A stretch of 64,000 nt of DNA from Candidatus Woesearchaeota archaeon (GCA_046705145.1 JBJKQO010000027.1:14852-78851), one strand, 5' to 3'; shown: positions 37,646 through 47,688, numbered from the stretch's first letter. A program made the numbers and translations. Notes: generated from the sequence alone by a model not told the origin.

Positions 37646-38794
37646 ATGACACCAAAAAGGGGCCAGATAACTGTCTTTATCATGATGGGGATCATCATCG
37701 TCGCAGCTACCGGACTGTTCTTCTTCATGAAATCCAACAGCCAAAAAGTCACAGATGACACGTTAGAGCAGACCTATAACGACGACCTCGACCTTGCAAT
37801 GCTAAAGGAACATGTTGAAATGTGTATTAAGGGAACAGCTGTCGAAGGGATCTCTTCTTTAAGCAGAAACGGAGGTTACTACAAGCTGCCACCTGTTCCA
37901 GAAGGGCTGGATGGATGGTCCGCATATTATTACCTTAAAGGCAATGTCAATGTTCCTGATGTGGCCACCATAGAAAAGCAGATGCAGCTTTATATCGATG
38001 ATTTTCTGCCTTTCTGCCTCCAAGAGATAAACATAAGCGGATACGAGATAATCTCTTCAGATCCAAGATCAGAAGTTATCATCGGAAAAGACGATATGAT
38101 AATCAAATTAAAATCTCCTGCATCCATACAATCAGGAGACAAAAAAAAGACTATTCGCAACTTTCAGGTCTCAGTCAGCAACAAGCCTATCATCCCTGCG
38201 CTTGCGGCAGCAAAAGCGATAACTGAAAATACAGTAGAAAACCTGCCTTATGTATGCATAAGCTGCGTCTCAGAGATAGCGTTTGGCCAGGGTTTCAATG
38301 CCAGCATAACCTCAAGCAATAACACGCTCTATTTCGAGATAGGTAATTATTCAACTGCCAGCGAGACCATATTTGACTACCTTGCTAACCTATCTTCAGG
38401 ACAAGATTATGTAGATGAAAATGTGGGGGAGGTTGAAGATGGCAGCAGCGGGCTTGCCATAGAAAAAGAAGCTTATCTTTTCTCGTTCGCAATAGATGTA
38501 AGGGGGCATAATTCGCCTCAGGAAGACCTTTATAACAAGGAGATAAAGATAATGGATATCCCTGATCTTGTAGCTTATGTGGGCGAGACAAAAACGTATC
38601 AGATAAACGCAACAGGAAATGACCTTTCTTACGAATCCTTCACGTATGGTGTGGATATTGACAAGAATGGTCTTCTGAGCTATACCCCTTTAGAAGAGGA
38701 TCTTGGCAATCATACTGCATTCATAGCTGTAAGCGATGATGATGGAAATTATGACCAAAAAGAGTTCATGCTTGTGGTGAGAAATAAAGAATGA
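37646..38794 (+). CDS. secreted/membrane-anchored protein with a C-terminal cadherin-like (putative Ig) domain; candidate glycoprotein
   Basis: N-terminal TM/signal. At least 6 N-x-S/T sequons (NISG, NASIT, NNTL, NYST, NLSS, NATG, NHTA). C-terminal ~90 aa resembles dystroglycan-type cadherin-like folds. Confidence 0.45.
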   Translation: MTPKRGQITVFIMMGIIIVAATGLFFFMKSNSQKVTDDTLEQTYNDDLDLAMLKEHVEMCIKGTAVEGISSLSRNGGYYKLPPVPEGLDGWSAYYYLKGNVNVPDVATIEKQMQLYIDDFLPFCLQEINISGYEIISSDPRSEVIIGKDDMIIKLKSPASIQSGDKKKTIRNFQVSVSNKPIIPALAAAKAITENTVENLPYVCISCVSEIAFGQGFNASITSSNNTLYFEIGNYSTASETIFDYLANLSSGQDYVDENVGEVEDGSSGLAIEKEAYLFSFAIDVRGHNSPQEDLYNKEIKIMDIPDLVAYVGETKTYQINATGNDLSYESFTYGVDIDKNGLLSYTPLEEDLGNHTAFIAVSDDDGNYDQKEFMLVVRNKE

Positions 38795-40764
38795 ATAACA
38801 AGCCAATCATGATAGCGGCATTATGCGTATTCTTCATAATGATATCTGCATCGATAGCATTTTGCTGTGGAGAAGAAGGCGGAGACCCATGCCCTGCACC
38901 GGCAGGAAATGATGGAGAAGGGGCTGATGGAGGGACGCAGCCTGCTGCTCAGACAAACCAGGACCAAAGCACTGAAGAAGGGCTCTTAAACAGGTTAGAG
39001 AAAGGGGAGGTTGATACGACTGCTGATAACGTAGTTAAACACTTCAAGGTATTTAGAGATAAATTCGGAAAAAAGTATGATATTGACTTTGCAAATATTG
39101 ATAAGGATTATGCAGCAGCTAAAGGGCTTATTAAGGTGCAGGGAACAACGATAATAACTAAAAAAGGCTCATTTGATGTAGGGCAATATAAGAACAAGGG
39201 CGTTGTTATTGCAGTAGGAAAAGATGGGTCTGTCATGATGGTAAGAGGGGTCGTGTTAACTGACAAGAACAATAAAGTTATAGGTATGGACAATGTCAAG
39301 CTCGGAAAAAACATAAGGATAGAAAGCCAGTTCGGCCCTCAATCTATAGATGGCGGTACAGTGACAAGCGACGGAAAGATAATAGTCAAGGCTGGAGACA
39401 GGGCTTTTGTTACTGGCCATGGAGTCATCGCAGACAAAGGCAAGGATATTATTATCAGGCTTGAACCTCCGACAGGAAATATAGAAAAGCCATCTGTATT
39501 CTTTTATACAACAAGAGGGGGGGAAGCGCATGTTGACATATATGGCCAGGCTGTTGTCAAGACTCCTGACAAGAGGGTGATCAGGACAACAAGCGATGAT
39601 TCTGAGTTTGGGATAACTTATAAAAGCCATCTTACTGGAGAATACAAGTCCTCCTATAAAATCAAAGGAGATGCTGAGATAAACGGAGGTATCATCAAAT
39701 TTAAGGATGGCAAGATGCTTGTTGATAACCAGATATTTAACGGAGGCAAAGGCACCTCAGAAAAGCTGTGGCAGTACCACAATTTTGATTTTGAATATCA
39801 GGGCAAAGATGAAGCAGGAAATGACAAGATATATACTGGCAGGATAACAGGAACATCAACAGAAAAGCTAAGCTATGAGTACAGCGGACACCTCACCCTA
39901 TTCACGAAAGATCTTTCAGAAGATGATATGAAACTCATACAGAATTATCCTTACAGGCCTTACAGGTGCGGCAACACAGACTGCACAGGAGCGAAAAGGT
40001 CTATCTGGCCTGGAATGACATCGATCCAGCAAAGGTTCATGTATGATCATGTAAGAAACGATCTAGGGCCTCAAGTGAGGGCTATGATAATAGAACAGAT
40101 GAAAACGCTTAAGACTTCAAGAATTTGGGATGATGATGTTAATTTGATTGAGGAAGCGTATTGGCGTGCTGTTTTTCTCGAGTCCAAAGGAGACCCCAGG
40201 GCTTATGGATATTCTAACAGCCCTGACAGAGGCATGTCGCAGCTAAATAAGGCTGCTGTAAGCGGCAAGGCATATGCTGCATTGGACGGCCCTATAGATC
40301 CTTTTGACCTAAACCAAAATATGAAAAGGGGGATCCAGATGATGATGATAAAGATGGACATCGCATTGAAAAGTTGCTCAGGATGCAGTGATGACCTTAT
40401 AATAAGGAAGACCCTAGCTTTCTACAATGGAAGAAGAAACGCTTACAACCCTTACTCAAACACGGCGATGTCCTTGCCACCAATAAAATACTCACCCCAA
40501 TCAACAAGTGATCCTAACACCCTCCCTATAGGGACTATCATACCAGGATACACACCTTCAACAGGGACTATAACTAGAACCTCTCCCATCACTATCAACA
40601 AAGACATTCCTGAAGAAGTAGAGATCGAGTACACCAATGAGGAAGGGGAGAAAGTGACAGAGACAGTTAAATGCAAGCAGTATGCTGATATCTATACAGG
40701 AGGATGCAAGGATTGTGGAGAGGAAGACTTTTTCTGCAGGGCATGCTTATGCAAAAAAGATTAG
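38791..40764 (+). CDS. secreted protein with a lysozyme-like / lytic-transglycosylase-like segment and a Cys-rich C-terminus
   Basis: Signal peptide. AVFLESKGDPRAYGYSNSPDRGMSQLN resembles the SLT E-S ... GLMQ catalytic motif. C-terminal CKQYADIYTGGCKDCGEEDFFCRACLC. Confidence 0.4.
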   Translation: MNNKPIMIAALCVFFIMISASIAFCCGEEGGDPCPAPAGNDGEGADGGTQPAAQTNQDQSTEEGLLNRLEKGEVDTTADNVVKHFKVFRDKFGKKYDIDFANIDKDYAAAKGLIKVQGTTIITKKGSFDVGQYKNKGVVIAVGKDGSVMMVRGVVLTDKNNKVIGMDNVKLGKNIRIESQFGPQSIDGGTVTSDGKIIVKAGDRAFVTGHGVIADKGKDIIIRLEPPTGNIEKPSVFFYTTRGGEAHVDIYGQAVVKTPDKRVIRTTSDDSEFGITYKSHLTGEYKSSYKIKGDAEINGGIIKFKDGKMLVDNQIFNGGKGTSEKLWQYHNFDFEYQGKDEAGNDKIYTGRITGTSTEKLSYEYSGHLTLFTKDLSEDDMKLIQNYPYRPYRCGNTDCTGAKRSIWPGMTSIQQRFMYDHVRNDLGPQVRAMIIEQMKTLKTSRIWDDDVNLIEEAYWRAVFLESKGDPRAYGYSNSPDRGMSQLNKAAVSGKAYAALDGPIDPFDLNQNMKRGIQMMMIKMDIALKSCSGCSDDLIIRKTLAFYNGRRNAYNPYSNTAMSLPPIKYSPQSTSDPNTLPIGTIIPGYTPSTGTITRTSPITINKDIPEEVEIEYTNEEGEKVTETVKCKQYADIYTGGCKDCGEEDFFCRACLCKKD

Positions 40765-40824
40765 TGCCTGAATAATCTCCTTTTTCCACAATCCTTAAAT
40801 AATTCTTTGTAATCTGTGGGGGTT

Positions 40825-40932
40825 ATGAAAACCAAAGAGAAGCTTGTGGTGCTGTGGATGCTGGGCGTGCTTGCGGCTTATCTTGTCTTTGAGGCTATAA
40901 ACATGCTTTCTTATGCCGGGGTGATCGGATGA
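40825..40932 (+). CDS. putative 35-aa single-TM leader/micro-protein
   Basis: MKTKEKLVVLWMLGVLAAYLVFEAINMLSYAGVIG. Its stop overlaps the next gene's start in an ATGA arrangement. Confidence 0.2.
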   Translation: MKTKEKLVVLWMLGVLAAYLVFEAINMLSYAGVIG

Positions 40933-42761
40933 TCGCTTTCCTTTGGCTTGCTCTTTATGCTCTGGCGTTCTTCGGGTCTGGAAGGGTCATCCTTTCAAGG
41001 ATCAGGTTCAGGAGCATGCCTGAGGAGTTCGTGTTCTCTTCTGCTGTCGGGATCGTGCTGTTCTCGGTTTTTGCGATGATAATGTGCGCTTTAAAGCTGG
41101 TCTATAAGGCATATTTCATATTCTTTGCTGTAGTGATGCTTCTTGCGGGAGCAGGCAGGATACGGTCTTTCCTAAGGGCTGCTGCAGATGTGTCTCGCAG
41201 GAACAAGAGAAAGCTGCTGCGTCCAGGCGTTTCAAACATACTCTTGTGCTTTATCCTTGTGCTTGCTGCGGCAAACCTGATGCTTGCAGACACTCCCCCT
41301 ATAGAATGGGATTCCATCAGGTATCATCTTGCCGACCCAAAGGTATACGTGCAAAATCACGGGTTTGTCAATCTTCCAAGCGAATGGCACTCAAACATGC
41401 CTTTCTTCACAGAGATGATATACCTTACCGGGCTTCTCATGCAGGGAGCAGAGCTTGCAAAGCTTTTCGCTTGCCTCATGGGGCTGCTTCTTGTGCTTAT
41501 GATATACTCGTTTGCATCTCAAAGGTTCTCAAGAGAAGTGTCGATGGCACTTGCCGCGATATTCATATCCATCCCCATAATCAGCCAGTTCATGTCCACT
41601 GCAAAAAATGACATCCCTCTTGCATTTTTCGCTTTTTTGGCAGTGGCCTCCTATATATTCTGGGCGGAAAGCTCAGATAAAAGGTGGCTGTTGGTCTCTT
41701 CTGTAATGGCAGGTGCTGCTGCTGCGATAAAGACGACAGGGATAGCTGTCTCTCTGATAATATGCCTCCTGATATTTTGGAATTTTATACTGAAGAAAGA
41801 ATATGTTTCTGCATTCCTGAGACCCTCAATATACTTTGTCGTTTCCTTCGTCTTCCTGGCTCCATGGCTCATAAAGAGTCTTATCTACACAGGAAATCCT
41901 GTCTGGCCCCTTGCTTATTCTGTCTTTGGCGGACAGTACTGGAACCCAGGCCTTGCAGAGATACTTAAGTATCTTGGGGAATATGGATACGGCACTTCGC
42001 TTCTTGACTTTGTGCTTCTTCCCTTTAGGATAACTTTTTATCCAAATGCATTTGCGACAATCATGGGCATAAGCCCTGTGTTCCTTATGTTCATACCTCT
42101 TGTGTTCATGTATAAGAGGGATAAGTTTATCAATATCCTTCTCTGGTCTTCTTTTCTTTTGCTTGTCTTCTGGTTCGTTACATCACAGCAGCTTAGGTTC
42201 ATAATACCTGTCCTTCCTTTGGCCTTGATAGCGATAGGAAAGCCGATCACAGAACTTGATAAGGCTAGGATGACAAGAACTGTTGCCGCTGCAGCGATAA
42301 TGATGATCCTCATGGTAAACTCTGCTCTTTTTTGCGCTGTCAACATGAAAAAGGCTCCTATGGCAGTTGGGCTGGAAGATAAAGATAAATACATATCAAG
42401 TTATGTCGCAGAATACGATGCGGCAATGTTTGCAAACCTTAACCTGCAAGGGAGCAGGATACTTCTTGCCGGTTATTCACGCCATTATTATTTTGACGTG
42501 GATTATGTCATAGGAGATCCCAGAACGCAGGGGTATATCGATTATGACTTATTGGAAGACGATCCTGAAAAGCTTTTTCTGCTGCTAAAAAAGGATAGTA
42601 TCACCCACATCCTGATAAACAAGAAGCAGAACTACCGTGATGACAAGTTTACGCTTTCAGATTACGGAGCTGGATTTGATGGCCTTATAGGGAGATTCAC
42701 AGAAAAGCATGGAAAACTGGTCTATGACGAATCTGACGTGAAGATATATGAGATAGTATGA
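40929..42761 (+). CDS. GT-C fold membrane glycosyltransferase (ArnT/PMT-like)
   Basis: 610 aa with about 12 TM helices, and a DSIRYH acidic loop after TM1. Confidence 0.5.
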   Translation: MIAFLWLALYALAFFGSGRVILSRIRFRSMPEEFVFSSAVGIVLFSVFAMIMCALKLVYKAYFIFFAVVMLLAGAGRIRSFLRAAADVSRRNKRKLLRPGVSNILLCFILVLAAANLMLADTPPIEWDSIRYHLADPKVYVQNHGFVNLPSEWHSNMPFFTEMIYLTGLLMQGAELAKLFACLMGLLLVLMIYSFASQRFSREVSMALAAIFISIPIISQFMSTAKNDIPLAFFAFLAVASYIFWAESSDKRWLLVSSVMAGAAAAIKTTGIAVSLIICLLIFWNFILKKEYVSAFLRPSIYFVVSFVFLAPWLIKSLIYTGNPVWPLAYSVFGGQYWNPGLAEILKYLGEYGYGTSLLDFVLLPFRITFYPNAFATIMGISPVFLMFIPLVFMYKRDKFINILLWSSFLLLVFWFVTSQQLRFIIPVLPLALIAIGKPITELDKARMTRTVAAAAIMMILMVNSALFCAVNMKKAPMAVGLEDKDKYISSYVAEYDAAMFANLNLQGSRILLAGYSRHYYFDVDYVIGDPRTQGYIDYDLLEDDPEKLFLLLKKDSITHILINKKQNYRDDKFTLSDYGAGFDGLIGRFTEKHGKLVYDESDVKIYEIV

Positions 42762-42816
42762 ATGTTTCTCTTTAAGTTCCATAATATTTAAAAGCCATTA
42801 GGTATTCCAGTAACAT

Positions 42817-44271
42817 ATGAATATATTGGTGATCAACCCCCCCAGCCCCGAAAAATCATACATGAACCGGGACCTTATGGGGGGTATGGGAGTGAAGGTA
42901 GGGTTTGGCAAGAGCCTTAAGACTAAGCTGATAAGCAAGCTAAAGAGTAACCTAGTCAGGATACCTGTGATGCAGCTCGTGTACGTTGCGACAATACTTC
43001 AAAAGAATCATAATGTCAGGGTGATTGACGCTGCAAACCAGAACATGTCTGTTTCTGATATTCTTCCAGTCGTGAAGGGATTCAGGCCGGATTACGTGTT
43101 TATGGCAGTATCTTCCTCAGGCGTGATATTTGAGAGGGATGTTGTTGCAAAAAAGATAAAGAAAGCAGCGCCAAAAAGCGTGATCGTGACTATAGGTGAC
43201 ACAATCCCTTTCAAGCCTTCTCTTCTCAGGGACCCTTTTGATGTCGCGATAATGGGGGAGGCTGAAAGGCCTTCAGAAAAGATTGCGGATGGGGAGAAGC
43301 TGTCAAGGATCAAAGGGATAATCTACAGGAAAGGGAAGATGGTCATAAAGAACAAAAAAGAGGATCTTATGGGCCCAAAAGATCTGGATAACCTTCCGTT
43401 CCCGGAATGGTCTCTTTTTGATTACAGAAGCTATTCATATTTTCCAATGATAATGAAAAAGCCAGTTGTTACCGTGCTTTCTTCAAGAGGATGTCCTTTC
43501 GGATGCATATACTGCTCTTACAGCAAGAACATGGGGCTTAGGTGGAGAGCAAGGTCTGCAGACAATGTTGTTGATGAGATAGCAAGAAACGTGAAAAAAT
43601 ACGGCATTAAGGGGGTAATATTTCGGGACCCTCTTTTTTCAGCTGACATGAAAAGAGTTGAGAGGATATGCGAAGAGATATTAAAGAGAAAGATAAAAGT
43701 TTCATGGTCTTGTGAGACCCGGCCTGAACTGCTTACAAAAAGCCTGCTGCAAAAGATGAGAAAAGCAGGATGCAGCGGGATCAACCTGGGTATTGAAAGC
43801 ATATCGCCTGATGTTCTCAAGCAGGTCGGGAGAAAAGAAGTGGACCCAAAAAGCATACTTAATATCGTAACTTTTGCGGAAAAGCTCGACATAAGGACCT
43901 CCTGTTTTTTCATGATGGGCCTGCCTGGATCTACAAGGAAGTCCATATCAGATGATATAAGGTTTAGCCGGCAGCTTAACGCAAGTCACGTCGAGTATAA
44001 GATAACGACCCCATTTCCGGGAACAGAGCTATACGACAGGGCAAAGAAGAACGGATGGATCAAGTCTGCAAGATATGAGGATCTGGGGGGCTATTCCGCT
44101 ACGATGCAGGTTTCAGATGATATCTCTCCAGGGTACCTGGAAAATGTTTGCAACCAGGCGTTTAAAGGATATTACTCAAGACCAAAGTACATTATCAGGG
44201 AGCTCACGAGAAAGGATATTTTCGCCAAGATCTCATTTATTGCAAGGGGGTTGCTTAAGTCAATAAGGTAA
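42817..44271 (+). CDS. B12-binding-domain radical SAM protein
   Basis: N-terminal cobalamin-binding Rossmann-like region. CPFGCIYC (CxxxCxxC) radical-SAM cluster. Confidence 0.8.
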   Translation: MNILVINPPSPEKSYMNRDLMGGMGVKVGFGKSLKTKLISKLKSNLVRIPVMQLVYVATILQKNHNVRVIDAANQNMSVSDILPVVKGFRPDYVFMAVSSSGVIFERDVVAKKIKKAAPKSVIVTIGDTIPFKPSLLRDPFDVAIMGEAERPSEKIADGEKLSRIKGIIYRKGKMVIKNKKEDLMGPKDLDNLPFPEWSLFDYRSYSYFPMIMKKPVVTVLSSRGCPFGCIYCSYSKNMGLRWRARSADNVVDEIARNVKKYGIKGVIFRDPLFSADMKRVERICEEILKRKIKVSWSCETRPELLTKSLLQKMRKAGCSGINLGIESISPDVLKQVGRKEVDPKSILNIVTFAEKLDIRTSCFFMMGLPGSTRKSISDDIRFSRQLNASHVEYKITTPFPGTELYDRAKKNGWIKSARYEDLGGYSATMQVSDDISPGYLENVCNQAFKGYYSRPKYIIRELTRKDIFAKISFIARGLLKSIR

Positions 44272-44279
44272 GCTGCAAG

Positions 44280-45212
44280 ATGATACTCATAACAGGGATA
44301 ACTGGATTCATAGGAAAAAACCTTGCCGAAAGGCTTGTATCAGAAAATATAAGGTTTAGTTGCCTCGTCAGGCCTTCAAGCGATAAAAGTTTCATAGGCT
44401 ACCTGAAAAAAAATGGTGTTAAGCTCTATTATGGCGCGCTTGAAGACAAAAAAAGGCTGGATGAGGCGATCAAAGGCAAGGAATCAGTGATCCATCTGGC
44501 CGCAGCAACCTCCGCTAGGATGGATGATATGTTAAGGATCAACCTGCAGGGCACAAAAAACGTAGTTGAAAGCTGCAAGAAGGGGGGTTGCAATAGGATA
44601 ATATTCATAAGCTCTTATCTTGCAGAAAAAAGGTTTGCGGACCACAGCGCCTATGCAAAGAGCAAGCTTCTGTCAGAAGAGTACATAAAAAAAAGCGGGC
44701 TTAGTTATGTCATACTTAAACCGTCATTGGTGTACGGCAAAAAAGACAGTAAGAATGTTCAAAAGCTTGCAGAGATGCTAAAAAGTCTTCCTGTCATGCC
44801 TGTGATAGGGGATGGAAGGTACAAGATTCAACCCGTGCATGTCAGTGATGTTGTTGATGTGATTGTAAGCTGCATCAAGGATAAGGGCATAAATAATAAG
44901 ACTTACTATGTGGCTGGAGATGAGATAATCACGTTTAATGCGCTTATAAGAAGGATAGCAGATGAGCTTAAGGTAAAGAGGGTGATCGTGCACCTGCCTA
45001 AATGTGTTGTTAAGGTATGCGCGAGGTTGGCCTCTTCAGTAGGATTACGGACACCCCTAGATGATGATGGGATAAGCATAATAGACAAAGACAAATTTTG
45101 CGATACGAGCCTGACAAAAAAAGATCTGTCTTTCAGTCCTATAAGTTTAGGCAAAGGATTAAAAACAATGGATCTTCGAAGCCTAAAGAAGAAGAGGGTA
45201 TTGAAAAGATGA
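44280..45212 (+). CDS. NAD(P)-binding epimerase/dehydratase-family (NmrA-like) protein
   Basis: ILITGITGFIGKNL Rossmann motif; YAKSK (YxxxK). Confidence 0.7.
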   Translation: MILITGITGFIGKNLAERLVSENIRFSCLVRPSSDKSFIGYLKKNGVKLYYGALEDKKRLDEAIKGKESVIHLAAATSARMDDMLRINLQGTKNVVESCKKGGCNRIIFISSYLAEKRFADHSAYAKSKLLSEEYIKKSGLSYVILKPSLVYGKKDSKNVQKLAEMLKSLPVMPVIGDGRYKIQPVHVSDVVDVIVSCIKDKGINNKTYYVAGDEIITFNALIRRIADELKVKRVIVHLPKCVVKVCARLASSVGLRTPLDDDGISIIDKDKFCDTSLTKKDLSFSPISLGKGLKTMDLRSLKKKRVLKR

Positions 45213-45907
45213 AAATTTCAGTGATCATTCCGGTCTACAACGAAATAGGTACTATCGAAAAGATACTTGAGAAAGTTGAAAAGGTTGATCTTGGCAGCAT
45301 AAGAAAAGAGATAATAATCGTCGATGATTTCTCAAGGGACGGTACAAGAGATATCCTCAGGAATATCAAGAAGCACAAGGTGTTGTTCCACAAGAAAAAT
45401 TTTGGGAAAGGGACAGCCATAAGGACAGGGCTAAAGAACGCAACAGGGGATATTATTGTGATACAGGATTCTGATCTTGAGTATAATCCTGAAGATTATA
45501 AAAAGATGATCCGACCCATTCTTGAAGGTAAAAGCAAGGTTGTTTATGGATCAAGGTTTATTGACACAAGGATGTGGATAAGCCACAACAAGATCCCTAT
45601 CCCCACCCACTATTTCGGGAACATGTTTCTTTCTTTCCTTACGCGTATAATCTACCTGCGAAGGATAACTGACATGGAAACCTGCTATAAGATGTTCACA
45701 AGGGAGGTCATAGAAAGCATAAGGCTTCGGGCAAGAAGGTTTGATTTTGAGCCTGAGATAACAGCAAAGATAATCAGGAGAGGCTATAAGATAATAGAGG
45801 TCCCGATTGAGTATCACTCGCGTTCTTTTAAGGAGGGCAAGAAGATAAACTGGGTGGACGGCATAAAGGCGTTCTGGTACCTTTTGAGGTACAGGTTCTT
45901 TGACTAG
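45209..45907 (+). CDS. glycosyltransferase family 2 (dolichyl-phosphate hexose synthase-like)
   Basis: KISVIIPVYNE ... IIIVDDFSRDGT ... VIQDSDLEY GT-A motifs. Start at ATG 45209, overlapping the upstream stop by 4 nt. Confidence 0.8.
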   Translation: MKISVIIPVYNEIGTIEKILEKVEKVDLGSIRKEIIIVDDFSRDGTRDILRNIKKHKVLFHKKNFGKGTAIRTGLKNATGDIIVIQDSDLEYNPEDYKKMIRPILEGKSKVVYGSRFIDTRMWISHNKIPIPTHYFGNMFLSFLTRIIYLRRITDMETCYKMFTREVIESIRLRARRFDFEPEITAKIIRRGYKIIEVPIEYHSRSFKEGKKINWVDGIKAFWYLLRYRFFD

Positions 45908-45922
45908 AAAAAGATGTTTTTC

Positions 45923-46831
45923 TCATCCCTCAAAGACAAGGGCTGCTGCGCCTATTGCACCTGCATCATTTGATACCTTGAACCTGACTATCTTAAGGTC
46001 TTTGGTAAGGATGGGAACAGCATATTTTTTCACTTCTTTCCTTAGTTTAGCATAGACCGGTTCAGGAAGCTGGCTAACTCCTCCACCTACTACTATGATA
46101 TCCGGGTTTATCGTATTTACAAGGATCGAAATCCCAAGTCCTAGATAGTGGATCGCATCACCTATCACTTCTTTGGCTATCTTTTCCTTTGATAGATATA
46201 TGTCTTTTGGGTTTGCGTTTTTTATCTTTCCGCCTTTTTTGATGTACATCCTGCTGATGTTCACTCCTGAAGAGAGCATCTCAAGGCATGCCCTTTGGCC
46301 GCACCCGCATTTGGGTCCTGTCTTTATACCTGGCTCAAGCACTATGTGGCCGAATTCCCCTGCTCCTCCAAATGCCCCTGAGAACACTTTCTTGTTCATG
46401 ACTATTCCTCCTCCAACTCCTGAGCCCCATATTATGCCTAACACTACGTTATGACCTTTTCCTGCGCCGTGCACTGCTTCTGCCAGCGCAAAGCAGTTGG
46501 CGTCATTTTCTAAGTATACATTCAAACCTGTATTTTTCATTATAGCCTGCTTTAGGTTTGTTCCGACAAGTGACCTAAGTGCAGCTCCTGCGAAGACGAC
46601 CTTTCCTGAAGAATCGACAAATCCTGGCATCGAGATGCCTACTCCTTTTATCTTCTTGTCTGTCTTGTTCTTGATAGCAAGTATAGCTCTGGTGATGTTT
46701 GATATCACCTTTGTTCTTCCTTTTGCTGCTTCAGTAAGCAGAAGCACCTCATCTGTTATCCTATACTTCTCGTCTATAAGAACTCCTTTTATCTTAGTGC
46801 CGCCCATGTCTATCGCTATTGCGTGTGCCAT
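45923..46831 (-). CDS. ROK-family sugar kinase (glucokinase-like)
   Basis: AIDMGGTKIKGVLID N-terminal motif. CGCGQRAC zinc motif. ExGH region. Confidence 0.8.
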   Translation of the reverse strand: MAHAIAIDMGGTKIKGVLIDEKYRITDEVLLLTEAAKGRTKVISNITRAILAIKNKTDKKIKGVGISMPGFVDSSGKVVFAGAALRSLVGTNLKQAIMKNTGLNVYLENDANCFALAEAVHGAGKGHNVVLGIIWGSGVGGGIVMNKKVFSGAFGGAGEFGHIVLEPGIKTGPKCGCGQRACLEMLSSGVNISRMYIKKGGKIKNANPKDIYLSKEKIAKEVIGDAIHYLGLGISILVNTINPDIIVVGGGVSQLPEPVYAKLRKEVKKYAVPILTKDLKIVRFKVSNDAGAIGAAALVFEG

Positions 46832-46893
46832 ACAGCCTTCTTCAGGATGAGAATATATAAATTTTTGGTTTTGATAGGATTCTCCCCTTATGA

Positions 46894-47688
46894 TTATTTA
46901 GGGGCTAATGTTTGAGGTTGTAAAACCATCTTTTCGCCTAGGGCCTTATAGATGTCTGCTCTTTTTGCATAACGAGAAAGTATAGGATGCCTCATCGCAT
47001 AGAGGATATCTGGTGCCCTACCATAATATTTCGCAATTGTTATGCCCCCAAAAATCGCGCTTGCAGCTCCTCCTGCTACTGAAAGGTTATCAGCCAAGAT
47101 AGCATTTGAAGTCATTGAAGGGGTTATCAGATTGCTTAAGTGATATCCTCCAAAAAACATGCCGATTAATCCTGCCACTACCGCAAGAGGCTTTGTTAAG
47201 TTGTGAAGTTTTGGCCTGGGGATCCTGCTAAAATAGCCCCTCAGTCTTGGGTAAGATCGTTCAAGCCTTTTCCTCTCTTCTTCTGAAACCCTGATGAGCC
47301 CATAATCTGATATTTTTTGACTGAAAGATTCTACTGAATCATACTGCTCAATCTCAAGTCCTTTGCCATTTCCATAAAGCCTTGCCTTCAAAGAGGAAGG
47401 TATAGAACCATTCACTTCGATTTTTTCTAGTAGTTTTGAAATGTCTTGATGTGGATTCTTAAGTTCCAGTTCAAGATCATTTACCAGAGCATCAAGTGCG
47501 CTGTCCATGCATTTGGCGTTGTCTTTTCCCCTTCTCGCACGGCAAGTGATCTGGCTAGTATCAACAGAATAAGACACTGTACGGATATTGTGGATATCAC
47601 TAACGCTTTTCGTGATACCGTGCTTTCTTAGCCTGTTTCTTAGCCTGTAGTCTGCAAACGGCTGGGCTATAAATCTTGGGAGTGCCAT
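46894..47688 (-). CDS. hypothetical protein with C-terminal Gly-rich TM helices
   Basis: 264 aa, no recognised domain. Lies downstream of the NurA-like gene on the same strand. Confidence 0.35.
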   Translation of the reverse strand: MALPRFIAQPFADYRLRNRLRKHGITKSVSDIHNIRTVSYSVDTSQITCRARRGKDNAKCMDSALDALVNDLELELKNPHQDISKLLEKIEVNGSIPSSLKARLYGNGKGLEIEQYDSVESFSQKISDYGLIRVSEEERKRLERSYPRLRGYFSRIPRPKLHNLTKPLAVVAGLIGMFFGGYHLSNLITPSMTSNAILADNLSVAGGAASAIFGGITIAKYYGRAPDILYAMRHPILSRYAKRADIYKALGEKMVLQPQTLAPK

